Assembly (NCBI GenBank): GCA_030390025.1
Contig: CM059438.1
Span: 65,412,001 to 65,476,000 of the forward strand
Length of the DNA stretch: 64,000 nt
Source: Squalus acanthias
Lineage: Eukaryota
Direction of reading: 5' to 3'
Below are positions 13,314 through 26,011 of the stretch, in pieces (within the stretch, counting starts at the first letter, position 1; each line of letters starts with the position of its first letter). The position numbers and the translations under genes were made by a program. The notes beneath the pieces are model-generated. The model searched no databases. It was not told where the DNA came from and saw only the letters and a program-made list of their open reading frames with translations.

Positions 13314-14205
13314 GGCTGTTCCGTGTGTTTGGGTAAAAAAATGGTTGTCGAAGGTGAAGACATTGTGGTCAAGGATGAAGCGGATGAGTTGTAGGATGGC
13401 GTCTGGAGCCTGAGTCTATTTATGACAGTGTTACCTGGACAGTAGAAAGTGTCTTTTTAATGATACTTTCCCACCCTTTATTCACAAAATAATTTAAATG
13501 ATGTTAGTTTTTTTGTCACCTATTTCTGGCATTTTTATGAATATTTTGTTCGAACAATAGGTAGTGATTACATGAGCACAGGAACTGGCTTAGAGGAGTA
13601 AAACTGCCCAACTGTGTGAGGGAGTCATATGAAGACCACTAAAATGAGACAATTATTCACACACCCTGGGTCAATGATTATGTCTAATGATAATTAATTA
13701 ATCTCCCTCGCACTGTCGGGCTTGGATAACTAAATGTGCTTTCAATGGGAGCGTGGTCAAAACTAGTATTAAATACCATGAGTAAAGCAGTCTTCCCTCT
13801 GTGTGTGTGTGTATATATTTTACTGTGATGAGTACATTCCGGGAAAACTTTTTTTTGACTGTTTAAGATGCTTTTATTCCCATTAATCACATTGAGCACA
13901 ATTAACCATCGCTGTCCATAAAGAAAATCGACTATTAAACCAATAATTAATGGGAAGAACAAATTAAGGTGAGGCCAGTAATGATTCTGGATTACACTTT
14001 GCGTGCTAAATGTGTGTGAAGCAGAGTTCAATTCTCCCCTCCTTGTAAAAACAATTGTTCACAAGCGAATTTGAATAATCTTAATAACGCCCCACCCCAC
14101 CCCCTCAAATGATGCCACTTGACCACTTCTGAGACTACATTGAAATATCATTTTATGAAAAGGTTTCCAGTTTTCTTTCTCTGCAGACTGTCTGTGACTC
14201 TTTGA

Positions 14206-16770
14206 GGGGAATTTTTCGTGGGGTCAGCGGGCACGTTCGGTGGCGGGTCGGGTGGGAAAATTTTTTTTGACAGTGGGTTGGGACCCCGCTGTCAACCCGC
14301 TGCCACACGTCTTTCCCAGATGTTGGGTCTGTCAGCGCTGAACAGACCCGACATGCAGCAGCGGGGAAGTTAATTCAGTTAATTATGATCTTGTTAACAG
14401 CCCATTAACAAGTATTTTGAGCTCACCTTTACATTTTACGAGGTCACCCACAGGGTCCACGCTGCTCAGGAGATCACGTCAGGTAAGCAGGTTGGGAGTT
14501 GAAGGGTCATGGAATCATCTCATTACTTGGCAGCTGCAAATGTGCTATAAAAGCTCCTATCTCACAGCTGTTCACTTTTCAAGCTCGGAGGTTGTTGCTT
14601 ACTGCATTTGGAACACAGATTGAGCTTTATGTAGGTTGCAAGTGTTTGGAGCAAACTCTCTATCCATTGTCACCTCATTGGAACAACCTCTCTTAGCACT
14701 GACAGATTGCTTCTGTCATCTCAACTTCACCTGCCACCTATTACATCAGAATGGGTATGGGTTATACTGTCTCACCTTGGTCCTCAGAATCTGACCACAA
14801 TCAGCCACAACACCAACAGAACAAGGCACACCAGCAGCACCAACAAGAAGACCGTCAACCTTCTCCTCAACCACCTGATGCTGCACAGGGCAGAGGGCAT
14901 CAGCGCAGGGCTGGACCACGTCGGAGGCGATACCCCCAACACAGGGTATAGGATGAGCTTCCTCAACAGCAGTGCTTCAAGAGGCTTAGGCTATCGCGCC
15001 AGGTCATCGCAGACATTTGCAGATTGCTGGAGCAAGACCTGCAGCCCAGAGGAATGGATGGACAACCCTTACCAGTAGCTGTCAAAGTCACCCTTGTCCT
15101 CAATTTCTTCACCTCAGGCTCCTTCCAGGGATGAAGCCAGTGTTACTGAGCCTGCGCCCGGCTTTGCAACTCTGGTTGGCTTCCCACGGGTGCAGGGCAT
15201 CATCAACTGCACACATGTGGCCATCAGAACCCAGCAGTCTTTGTCAACCGCAAGGGCTTCCACTCCCTCAATGTGCAGCTCATCTGCAACCATAGAAAGA
15301 TCATCATTCATGTGTGTGCCAAGTTCCCTGGCAGCTGCCATGACTCTTATGTTCTGTACCAGTCCATCATCCCTCAGCTCCAAACAGTCTTTCCGGCTGG
15401 CTGCTTGGAGACAAGGGCTATCCACTGAAGATGTGGCTCATGACATCTTTGAGGAGGCCAACTAATGAGGCTGAGGAACATTACAATCAAAGCCACATTT
15501 CCACCAGAACTGTCATAGAGCAGACAACAGGGTTACTCAAAATGCACTTCAGATGCCTGGACAGATCTGAAGGAGCCCGTCAGTACGCACCAGCCAGGGT
15601 CTCCAGAATCGTCGTGGTCTGCTGCGCCCTGCACAACACGGCGCAGCAGCGAGGATTAGCGCTGCACGAGGAACAAGGCGCAGAGCGCACAGCCTCTTCA
15701 GAGGAGAAGGAGGAGGAAGAGGAGGAGAAGCAGCACGAGGTGGAAGACGAGGATGAAGCAGAGCTGGAAGAGCCGGCGGACGATATGTCACCAATATGTG
15801 GCCACATTGCTGCCCGTGAGGCCAGGGATGGGCTCATCATGGCCAGATTTAGTTAACTATACGCAGCAGAACCATATGGCTGGCACATGCATTGCCAGGT
15901 TGGCATCACCCCACAGCAACACCATAAACCATCCCTACAATGACCAGTCCATTCTTTTCACTGTCACCACCATTGCTGGAGCTTAAATTAGCCCTAACCG
16001 TTCACTCTGCTACTTCCAATTGTGCACACACATTTTTCAAGGACCACAAAGTTTTCAAAATAAATTATTTCATACAACAAATGAATTGAACGTAAACTTG
16101 CCATTAACGTTTAAGAAAACACTCCATGCATTAGGATGAGTGTGAGTGTGAGGGGTGCTTAGTAAGATGGGGATGTGATAATGTAGATAGAGAGAGAGGG
16201 ATGGGTGAAGGTGCAAGGGATGTTGGTGTGAGTAAGGATGTGCAGGAGTAAGATTAGGAAGGCAGAGTGATGGGGATGTGATGAGAGGCACAGCAGCATG
16301 AAGGTAAGTGTGGCTTTATACTCAGTATTCCTGATCTTAGAAGATCATTGAAGTGCTTGTGGCACTGCACCCAGGTCCGCATCACCACACACCTGCTCAT
16401 CACCTCCTCCACTATCTGCAGCCAGGCTGCCTTGGTATCCCGGCAAGAACATGGAGGGAGTCATCGCTGAAGCGAGGAGCAGCCCTCTGCTTCTGGGAAG
16501 TCGTGTTCCACACAAACAACCAATGTCAGCACTGTAACTTGTCAAAATCAGAAGTGAGATCAAATGGGGCCATGGCCCCTTTAAATATACCGGCACCAAA
16601 CGTGTCACCGCTGACGTCACCAGACCCGCACCTTTTAATTGGGTCGGGTAAAGTGCAGAGCCCCATTACCGAAAAATCTTTTCTTCCAGCGGGATGAAGG
16701 CAGCAACGGGCTCACGGCCCGCCACCGACCTCGGCCGCCAGGGACCCGACCAGGTAGGGGAAATCGCGGC
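14206..16770 (+). mobile_element. Degenerate Harbinger transposon (transposase on +, Myb/SANT remnant on -)
   Basis: Transposase fragments 14751-15856 ([49 protein letters not shown], acidic tail). W-x-QC-x-K-x-FNDL on the minus strand near 16340-16380. Ends approximate. Confidence 0.75.
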
Positions 16771-17195
16771 TGTAGTCTCACATTTTTATTGGGGCGGGGG
16801 GGACCGGGAATATGGGGTGGAAATAAAAGTGAAGAGTCAAGGCCCCTAGTGCAACACATCAGCAACAATTTAAAGAGGCTGAATTAGATTAGGAAGCAGT
16901 AATGAGATGATGCCAAAATTGGGTTTCCAAGGTTTGAAGGTTGCAGGAGGAGACCAAGCCTGGTAAGACATTCCACAGTTCTGAGGTCCCAGGAACGATT
17001 GAGGAGACAATGAGACTCGTCTCAGTTCCAACACAGCGAGGAGGACGAGAGTTTAAAAAGGTATATTTCTGGCTCATTAGAAGCAAGCGTTTGATAAAGT
17101 ACCACCAAATAGACTTGTTAGCAAAATTGAAGCCCATGGGATAAAATGGGCAGTAGCAGCATGGATAGAAAATTGGCTAAGGGATAGAAAACAGA

Positions 17196-18090
17196 GGGGT
17201 AGAAATTAGGTCGCGCCACATTTGGGGCGCAAATATCGTCTGGACGCAAATATTAGCGCCTGGCGCTAATTATCGGCACTGACTGGAAACTTGACTTTTA
17301 CCGCCCCGGGAGGTGAGTGGAGCGCTAAATCAGGCGCTGCACACCTGTCTTAAGGCGCAAAGGCCAAGGAGTGAGGCGCTAACTCAGAGCGCTGGCGAAG
17401 CTCATGTAATGTCAGTCAGCAATGGAACACACACACAATGGCACGGGCCAGTTCTTAAAGGGGATGGTTAATCTTGCTTTCCATCCACATCCTGTTCATT
17501 GCAGCCTTGAATCTCGGCCTGGAGAGACTTGCACATCAAATGTGCTGGAAAGAACAATGGAGAGTACCAGGCAAAGAGCTCAGAGTGCAGCTCCCACAGT
17601 CTCTGCTAAATCGATACAAGGAATGGCAAATCAAAATGAACCTGCAAAGTGCTGCTCAGTACCCAAAACTCCTTCACACAACGTTGAATCTCTCCAGAAG
17701 TCTCTCCCTCTCTCTCTCAGAATGCGTAGTTCAAAAATGCCACCAACAATAAAAGACAGGAAGAGGCCCCCTTTAAATAGCGCCCCCCCCCCAGCCCCAC
17801 AGCGATCGATAGCGTTCCAGTCTTCTGGTCGTTGGATGCGCCAGGCGGTAAGGCAGGGGGCGCCACTCAATTTCTGCTCCGGGGCGCCACAAGGGCGTTG
17901 CACCATGGAATGACGTCACAATCTGCGCGCGCAGGTGGTCGCAGCGGTAAAGTTTAGCGCCGCCGCACAATGTCTAGTTAAGTTCCCGAGCGGCGCAAAC
18001 ATCGCTGCGCCCGGGCGTTAGCGGTTTTGCGCCCCATTAGCGCCCTCTTAAGGCGCTAACGGGAGGCGCAACCAACTGAATTTTTACCCC
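17196..18090 (+). mobile_element. Harbinger MITE, internal-deletion relative of 18626-22809
   Basis: TIRs GGGGTAGAAATT...AATTTTTACCCC; TSD AGA/AGA; both ends nearly identical to the ends of the large Harbinger. Confidence 0.85.
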
Positions 18091-18983
18091 AGAGAGTTGT
18101 GGTGAATGGCTGTTTTTCAGACTGGAGGCAGGTAGACTGTTGTTTTCCCTAGGGTTCAGTACTAGGACCACTACTGTTTTTAATGTTAGGAGTTGGGAGG
18201 CAAATTAAAAAATAGGACCTCAAAGGTAGTAATCTCAGGATTGCTACCAGTGCCACATGCTAGTCAGAGTAGAAATAGCAGGATATTTCAGATGAATACG
18301 TGGCTAGAGGAATGGTGCATGGGGGAGGGATTCAAATTCCTGGGACATTGGAACCGGTTCTGGGGGAGGTGGGACCAGTACAAACTGGACGGTTTGCACC
18401 TGGGCAGGACCGGGACCGATATCCTAGGGGGAGTGTTTGCTAGTGCTGTTGGGGAGGGTTTAAACTAAAATGGCAGGGGGTTGGGAACCTGTGCAAGGAG
18501 ACAGAAAAAAGGGGAACAAGGATAGAAGCAAAAGATAGGAAGGAGAAAAGCAAAAGTGGAAGGCAGAGAAATCAAGGGTATAAATCAAACAGGGCCACAG
18601 TTAAAAATAATTCTAAAAGGACTAAGGGGGAAAAATTCAGTCGCGCCCCGTTTGGGGCGCAAATATCATCCGGGCGCAAAAATTAGCGCCTGGCGCTAAT
18701 TATCGCCACTGACTGGAAACTTCACTTTTAACGCCCCGGGAGGTGATTGGAGCGCTAAATCAGGCGCTGCACACCTGTCTTAAGGCGCAAAGGCCAAGGA
18801 GTGAGGCGCTAACTCAGAGCGCGAGCGCAGCGCAGGTGCTGCCAGTTAGCGAGGGAACACAGACACACTGGCGCCGGCCAGTTCTTAAAGGGGGGGGGCG
18901 ATCTTGCTCCCCAGCCACACCCTGCTCATTGCAGCCTTGAATCTCGGCCTGGAGAGACCTGTGAATCCATTTTCCAGCCAAGG

Positions 18984-20826
18984 ATGGAGAGGGTGAGAGA
19001 ACGAGCTGAGCGCTTCACCGAGCGGGCCTTGGATGCTTTGGTTGGCGCGGTGGAGCGCCGAAGAGCAATACTGTACCCAGAGAGTGGCAGGAGGCCTTTG
19101 CCGCGTGACTACAGAAGAGTGTGGAGGGAGGTGGCTCAGCGCGTCTCCTCCAGGAGCATGGTGCCCAGGACCCATGTCCAATGCCGGAAAAAGTTCAACG
19201 ACCTCACTCGGGTCGTCAGGGTGAGTGGCTTTTTTGCAATACCTCTCCATCCCTCCATCTCAACCTCACTCTATGGCCAGAGGGTCTTAAAACCACAATT
19301 AACAACACTCATCCAACACGTATGGCCCTTTCATGAAGCACACACACACATTCCATACTTTGCATACAGTAAGGGCTATTCACCAATGGGAGGCACATCA
19401 GGCAAGACCATGGCTGTATACAGTAAGGGCTATTCACCTATGGGAGGCACATCAGGCAAGACCATGGCTGTATACAGTAAGGGCTATTCACCTATGGGAG
19501 GCACATCAGGCAAGACCATGGCTGTATATTTACTCAGACGCCGTCCTTTTTCTTGCAGGCCAAGCTGGCGCATAATAGGAGACAGCAGCAACGGACGGGT
19601 GGAGGGCGGCCTCAGCTGCAACCCCTCAGCGATCTTGAGAAGCGCATCCACAGGATTGTGGCAAGCCGGGTGATCGGTCCCGTCGCCACTGGAGACGCCG
19701 ACCCCGTTCTGGACAGCAATGGTAAGGTCATCACCTTTTTGTCCTCTGTCCTTCCACTTGTCCCTCACAACACCAGCCTTTGACACTTTCAATCCAACTT
19801 ACTAACTCGCTGCACTTATTCGTCCCTTACTGCCACCCTGTCCTCACGCTAAAGCCACTCTTGTACCTCCCTGCTTTCAGATGTTGATTCACCAGCTGAG
19901 GAGACGGGCCCTGAAGCTGCTAGTGGGAGTGAAGCTGCAGCCGAGGAGGAAGAGGAAGCCGGAGCATCAGTGCCACCCTCTCCCGAGGAAGCCCATGCCG
20001 ACACTGGGAACACGCCTTCCCTGGAGGGGAGCAGGGGGAAGGGTCTGATGAGGGTGAAGCTCCAGGACCCAGCGGGCTGCAGCAATGCGATGGGGGTAGG
20101 GAAGCTCGGGGGCCTTCTCCCCGGAGGGAGAGTATGCCAGCGAGTCCTGCTGCACTGGACGCAGAGGAGGAGCGGCTGATCGCGGAAATGAACACCCAGG
20201 CGGTGGGCATGCACACTGAGCTCATGGCTGCAGTGGGTAGGGTGCCCGAATGCATTGAAGCACTGGCAAGGAGTGTGGAGCACTTCGCTGCAGCGCAGGC
20301 GGATGCGACACTGAAGCTCAGTGCTGCAATTGAATCTCAGACTGCTCTCATGCAGACTCAGATTGAGGTCACGCGAGCACTGTCTGCTGCCATCCTCGCT
20401 GGTTCGTTCACATTTCCCCGGGGCTCTCACCGCGCCGCAGCAGGCCAGCAATCTGTGCTCCAGCAGATTGCTCCGGATGCTGAGGTGCTGCCCCGTGGGA
20501 GTTCCAGTGTGCCGGTCGAGCAGGGAGTTGCTGTCCTCGCTCAAGATGACAGCATTCCTGCTGCCACCACTGTCACTTCTCCACTGCAGTTGCCACCGCC
20601 TGTAGGACAGACTGCTGCCGCCCATGCAGAGTTGGTGCAGTCTGCAGCCGGGCCCTCCAGGTCCAGAACTGGTCGAGGCCGTCCCTCAAGGGCATCTGCA
20701 TTGTCAGGGCCTGACAGTCAGCAGCCTTCCACCAGCCTTGCTGCAGCCACTGAGGTCCCATTGCGGAGGAGCAGTAGGGTAAGAAGGGGGGAAGGGCGCA
20801 CGGGAAGGAGTTCACCCTCGATGTAG
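18984..20826 (+). pseudogene. Harbinger Myb/SANT-like DNA-binding protein, 3 exons (18984-19220, 19559-19721, 19881-20826), frameshift near 20035
   Basis: RFTERALDALV...WREVA...RTHVQCRKKFNDL, then AKLAHNRRQQQRTGGG; phase-compatible GTGAGT/CAG and GTAAGG/CAG splice sites. Confidence 0.8.
19364..19528 (+). repeat. 54-bp tandem repeat x3 in Myb-gene intron 1
   Basis: atacagtaagggctattcaccWatgggaggcacatcaggcaagaccatggctgt repeated three times. Confidence 0.9.
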
Positions 20827-21138
20827 GAGGTGTGACAAAATGCTGGTCATTTTTTTATTAAAGGCCGAGGTTCGTTGTCAAACTTTTGTTGAGTGTTTTG
20901 CACATGATCTCCAGGTTGTGAGAACCAGTTATGGTAATTACTGTTTTTTTGTGTTTATTTGTATGAGTTTGTCATGAAGAAATGACACACACAGAGTTTG
21001 TAAAATAAATAAGTTTTGGTACTCAAAATATACATGTTTGGTGTTTGGAATCATTGGTGCCTTGGCCGGCTTAGGGGTTGCGTGTTGGGTTCATTCATGC
21101 TGTTCTCAATGGCAGAAGCCATTTCCACAGCAGGGGCC

Positions 21139-21237
21139 CTAGAAGCGGCTTGCTATCAGCCGCTGACGGACGGCCCTTGCAGTTTCACCATTGTGGGCCG
21201 CCCTCACGCCTTGGTGCTGCTGCTGATCATCCTCCTC

Positions 21238-21268
<31 letters not shown>

Positions 21269-22299
21269 GGTGGTGCTCCAAGGCCTGGTGGCATTGGCTG
21301 GGTCCTGAGGATTGCCATGTTATGCAGCATGCAGCACACAACTACGATGTTGGAAACTCGCTCAGGCGAGTACTGCAGGGCTCCTCCAGAATGGTCGAGA
21401 CAGCGGAACCGTTGCTTGAGCACGCCGATTGTGTGCTCCACGATGTTCCTGGTAGCTTGATGGCTCTCGTTGTACCGCAGCTCAGCAGGGGTGTTGGGCG
21501 TACGGAGCGGTGTCATCAGCCAGGTGCTCAGTGGATACACATTGTCCCCGAGAAGCCAACCAACTGGCTGATGCGGTGCCTCGAAAAGTTCTGCTACAGT
21601 AGTCTGGCGCAGGATGAAAGCATCGTGGCAGCTGCCAGGATAGTGGGCATTGACAGCGAGTATCAGCTGTCTGTGGTCACAGACAACTGAACATTCAAGG
21701 AATGGAACCCCTTTCTGTTCCAGAAATGCTCGGCATTCTCATGCGGAGCACGCAAAGCCACATGCGTGCAGTCAATGGCGCCCTGCACCATGGGGAAGCC
21801 CGCTATCCTCGCAAAGCCCAGAGCGCGTTCTTGCTGCTTGTCTGGGGTCATGGGGAAAGAGATGAACTCTCGTCTCCTTTTAAAGAGGGCATTTGTGACC
21901 TTCCTGATGCAGCAATGCACCGCGAACTGGGAGATATTGGCGATGTCCCCAACAGCAGATTGAAATGAGCCAGTAGCATAAAAGTTCAGAGCCACTGTGA
22001 CCTTCACTGCCACCGACAGAGACGTCCTGGACCTCAGTTGAGGCTGCAGATCTGGCTGCAGCAGGTGGCAGAGCTCAGTGACCACCTCCTTACTGAAGCG
22101 CAGCCTTCGCAGACACTGCTCATCAGACATATGAATGTAGGAGAGCTGTTCACGATATACCCTGGGAGGGTAAGCTCTCCTGTACAGACGCCTGTTGGCC
22201 CTCCTCCGTCTGGCCATCATTGCCACTCTCTCTCTGCGTCTCTGTCTCCTCCGATTCAGCTGGCGCAGGACGACACCCCCCCATCAGTGCAGCCCCCAT
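21139..22299 (-). pseudogene. Harbinger DDE transposase (HARBI1-like), frameshifted
   Basis: [63 protein letters not shown]; frameshift near 21680. Confidence 0.88.
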
Positions 22300-25200
22300 A
22301 TCTCTTAGCAAGCAAAGTTATGAAGGCCAGAAACCAAAGTACCAGCGAAGTTAGGATGAGTAGCCAAAACTACCTCACACAGCGTTGACTCAATGCAGAA
22401 GTCTCTCTTTCTCTCTCTCCGAATCTCTCTCACTCTCTCAGAACGAGTGGTGCAAAAATGTCAACCACAGAGAAAGACAGGAAGAGGCCCCCTTTAAATA
22501 GCGCCCCCCCCAGCCCCACAGCGATTGTTAGCGTTCCACTCTTCCGGTCGTTGGATGCGGCAGGCGGTAAGGATGGGGGCAACACTGAAATTCTGCTCCG
22601 GGGCGCCACAAGGGCGTTGCACTCTCGTATGACGTCACAATCTGTGCGCGCAGGAGATCGCGGCGATAAAGTTTAGCGCCGCCGCAAAATGTCTAGTTAA
22701 GTTCGCGAGCGGCGCAAACATCGCTGCGCCCGGGCGCTAGCTGCTTTGCGCTCCATTAGCGCCCTCTTAAGGTGCTAACGGGAGGCGCAACCAACTGAAT
22801 TTTTCCCCCTTTGTGTTTTAATGCGAGGAGCATTCGTAATAAGGTGGATGAATTAGCTGCGCAAATAGATGTGAACGGATACAATATAATTGGGATTACG
22901 GAGACATGGCTCCAGGGTGACCAAGGCTGGGAACTCAACATCCAGGGGTATTCAATATTCAGGAAGGACAGGCAAAAAGGAAAAGGAGGTGGGGTAGCGT
23001 TGCTGGTTAAAGAGGAGATTAACACAATAGTAAGGAAGGATATTAGCTCGGATGATGTGGAATCTGTATGGGTAGAGATGCGAAATACCAAGGGGCAGAA
23101 AATGTTAGTGGGAGTTGTATACAGACCCCCAAACTTGTGGTGAGGTTGGGAATGGAATTAAACAGGAAATTAGAGATGCGTGCAATAAGGGCACAGCAGT
23201 TATCATGGGTGACTTTAATCTGCATATAGATTGGGCTAACCAAATTAGGAACAATACTGTGGAGGAGGAATTCCTAAAGTGTATACGGGATGGTTTCCTG
23301 GACCAATATGTCGAGGAACCAACTAGAGCTCAGGCCATCTTAGACTGGGTATTATGTAATGAGAAAGGATTAATTAGCAATCTTGTTGTGCGAGGTCCCT
23401 TGGGGAAGAGTGATCATAATGATAGAATTCTTCATTAAGATGGAGAGTGACGTAGTTGACTCAGAGACTTGGGTGCTGAATTTAAATAAAGGAAACTATG
23501 ATGGTATGAGGCGCGAGTTGGCTAGGATGGATTGGGAACGTTACTTAAAGGGTTGACGGTGGATAGGCAATGGCAAATATTTAAAGATCACATGGATGAA
23601 CTACAGAATTTGTTCATCCCTGTCTGGCATAAAAATAAAACAGGAAAGGTGGCTCAACCGTGGCTAACAAGGGAAATTAGGGATAGCATAAGATCCAAGG
23701 AGCAGACATATAAATTGGCCAGAAAAAGCAGCAAACCTGAGGATTGGGAACAGTTTAGGATTCAGCAAAGAAGGACAAAGGGATTAATTAAGAGGGAGGA
23801 AATACATTATGAGAGTAAGCTTGCAGGGAACATAAAAACTGACTGTAAAAGCTTCAATAGATATGTGAAGAGAAAAAGATTAGTGAAGTCAAGCATAGGT
23901 CCCTTGCAGTCAGAATCAGGGGAATTTATAATGGGGAACAAAGAAATGGCAGACCAATTAAATACATACTTTAGTTTTGTCTTCACAAAGGAGCACACAA
24001 ATAACCTCCCAGAGAGGTCGGGGAACATAAGGTCTAATGAGAGGGAGGAACTGAATGAAATCAGTATTTGTAGGGAAATGGTGTTAGGGAAATTGATGGG
24101 CTTGAAGGCCGATAAATCCCCAGGGCCTGATAATCTGCATCCCAGGGTACCTAGAAATAGTAGATGGATTGCTGGTCATCTTCCAAAATTCTATAGACTC
24201 TGGAACAGTTCCCATGGATTGGAGGGTAGCTAATGTACCCCCACTATTTAAAAAAGGTGGTAGAGATAAAACGGGGAATTATAGACCGGTAAGCCTGACA
24301 TCGGTAGTGGGGAAAATGCTCGAGTCCATTATAAAAGATGTAATAGCAGAGCACATGGAAAACAGTGACAGGATCGGAGAAAGTCAACATGGATTTACAA
24401 ATGGTACATCATGCTTGACAAATCTACTGGAATTTTTTGAGGATGTAATTGGTAGAATTGATAAGGGAGAACCAGTGGATGTGGTGTATTTGGACTTTCA
24501 GAAGGCTTTCGACAAGGTCCCGCATAAGAGATTAGCATGCAAAGTTAAGGCACATGGGATTGGGGGGTAAGGTACTGACTTGGATAGAGAACTGGTTGGC
24601 AGACAGGAAGCAAAGAGTTGGAATAAACGGGTCTTTTTCCGAGAGGCAGGCAGTGACTAATGCGGTATCGCAGGGATCGGTGCTGGGACCCCAGCAATTC
24701 ACAATATATATTAATGATTTAGACGAGGGAACTAGATGTAATATCTCCAAGTTTGCAGATGACACGAAGCTGGCTGGGCGAGTATGCTGTGAGGAGGATG
24801 CAGAGAAACTCCAGTATGATTTGGACAGGTTGGGTGAGTGGGCAAATGCATGGCAGATGCAGTATAATGTGGATAAATGTGAGGTTATCCACTTTGGTGG
24901 CAAAAACAGGAAGGCAGATTATTATCTGAACGGCAATAGATTGGGAAAAGGGGAGGTGCAACGAGACCTGGGTGTCCTTGTGCACAGTCGCTGAAGGTAA
25001 GCATGCAGGTGCAGCAGGCGGTTAAGAAGGCAAATGGTATGTTGGAATTCATAGCGAGAGGTTTCGAGTACAGGAGCAAGGATGTCTTGCTGCAGTTGTA
25101 CAGGGCCTTGGTGAGACCACACCTTGAGTATTGTGTGCAGTTTTGGTCACCTTATCTGAGGAAGGATGTTCTTGCCATGGAGGGAGTGCAGCGAAGATTC

Positions 25201-26011
25201 ACCAGACTGATACCTGGGATGGCAGGGATGACGTATGAAGAGAGATTGGGTTGATTAGGCTTATACTCGCTAGAGTTTAGAAGAATGAGAGGGGATTTCA
25301 TTGAAACTTATAAAATTCTAACAGGACTAGACAGACTAGATGCAGGAAGGATGTTCCCGATGGCGGGTGAGTCCAGAACCAGGGGTCACAGTCTAAGGAT
25401 AAGGGGTAAGCCTTTTAGGACTGAGATGAGGAGGAATTTCTTCACCCAGAGAGTGGTGAACCTGTGGAATTCTCTACCACAGAAGGCAGTTGAGGCCAAA
25501 TCATTAAATATATTCAAGAAGGAGATAGATATAGTTCTTAAGGCTAAAGGGATCAAGGGATATGGGGAGAAAGCAGGGACAGGGTACTGAATTTGGATGA
25601 TCAGCCATGATCTCATTGAATGGCGGAGCAGGCTTGAAGGGCTGAATGGCCTACTCCTGCTCCTATCTTCTGTGTCTCTATGTAATGACTTGGACTTGGG
25701 GGTACAGGGCACAATTTTGAAATTTGCAGATGACACAAAACTTGGAAGTGTAGTAAACAGTGAGGAAGATAATAATAGATTCAAGAGGATATAGACAGGC
25801 TGGTGGAATGGGCAGACACATGGCAGATCAAATTTAACGCAGAAAATTGTGAGGTGATACATAAAAGAAAGGAAGAATTGTAGGAAGAATGAGGTGAGAC
25901 AATACAAGCTAAATGTTACAATTTTAAAGAGGGTGCAAGAAGAGAGAGACCTGGGAGTGTTTGTGCACAAATTTTTGAAGGTGGCAGGACAGGATAACAA
26001 AGCAGTTAATA

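Larger units (their letters stand above)
11681..13412 (-). mobile_element. 5'-truncated Penelope-like element (PLE)
   Basis: RT plus GIY-YIG ORF and a 3' pseudo-LTR with hammerhead; 13-bp direct repeat AGTCTATTTATGA at 11668-11680 and 13413-13425. Confidence 0.9.
18626..22809. mobile_element. Full-length-type Harbinger (PIF) DNA transposon with convergent Myb-like and transposase genes
   Basis: 16-bp TIR GGGGGAAAAATTCAGT...ACTGAATTTTTCCCCC; flanks TAA/TTT (TSD not intact). Confidence 0.9.
18187..25683 (+). mobile_element. CR1 LINE (ORF1 3' end plus frameshifted ORF2), interrupted by a Harbinger
   Basis: Esterase-type ORF1 end 18193-18468 (DGLHL). APE/RT ORF2 pieces 22811-25590 (NARS, ITETW, MGDFN, SDH, QGSVLGP, FADD). 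CR1 3' UTR. Confidence 0.9.

Noticed and set aside
21139..22299. Domesticated HARBI1/NAIF1-like host genes
   Set aside because: Both genes lie within TIRs, are frameshifted, and are inserted in a LINE
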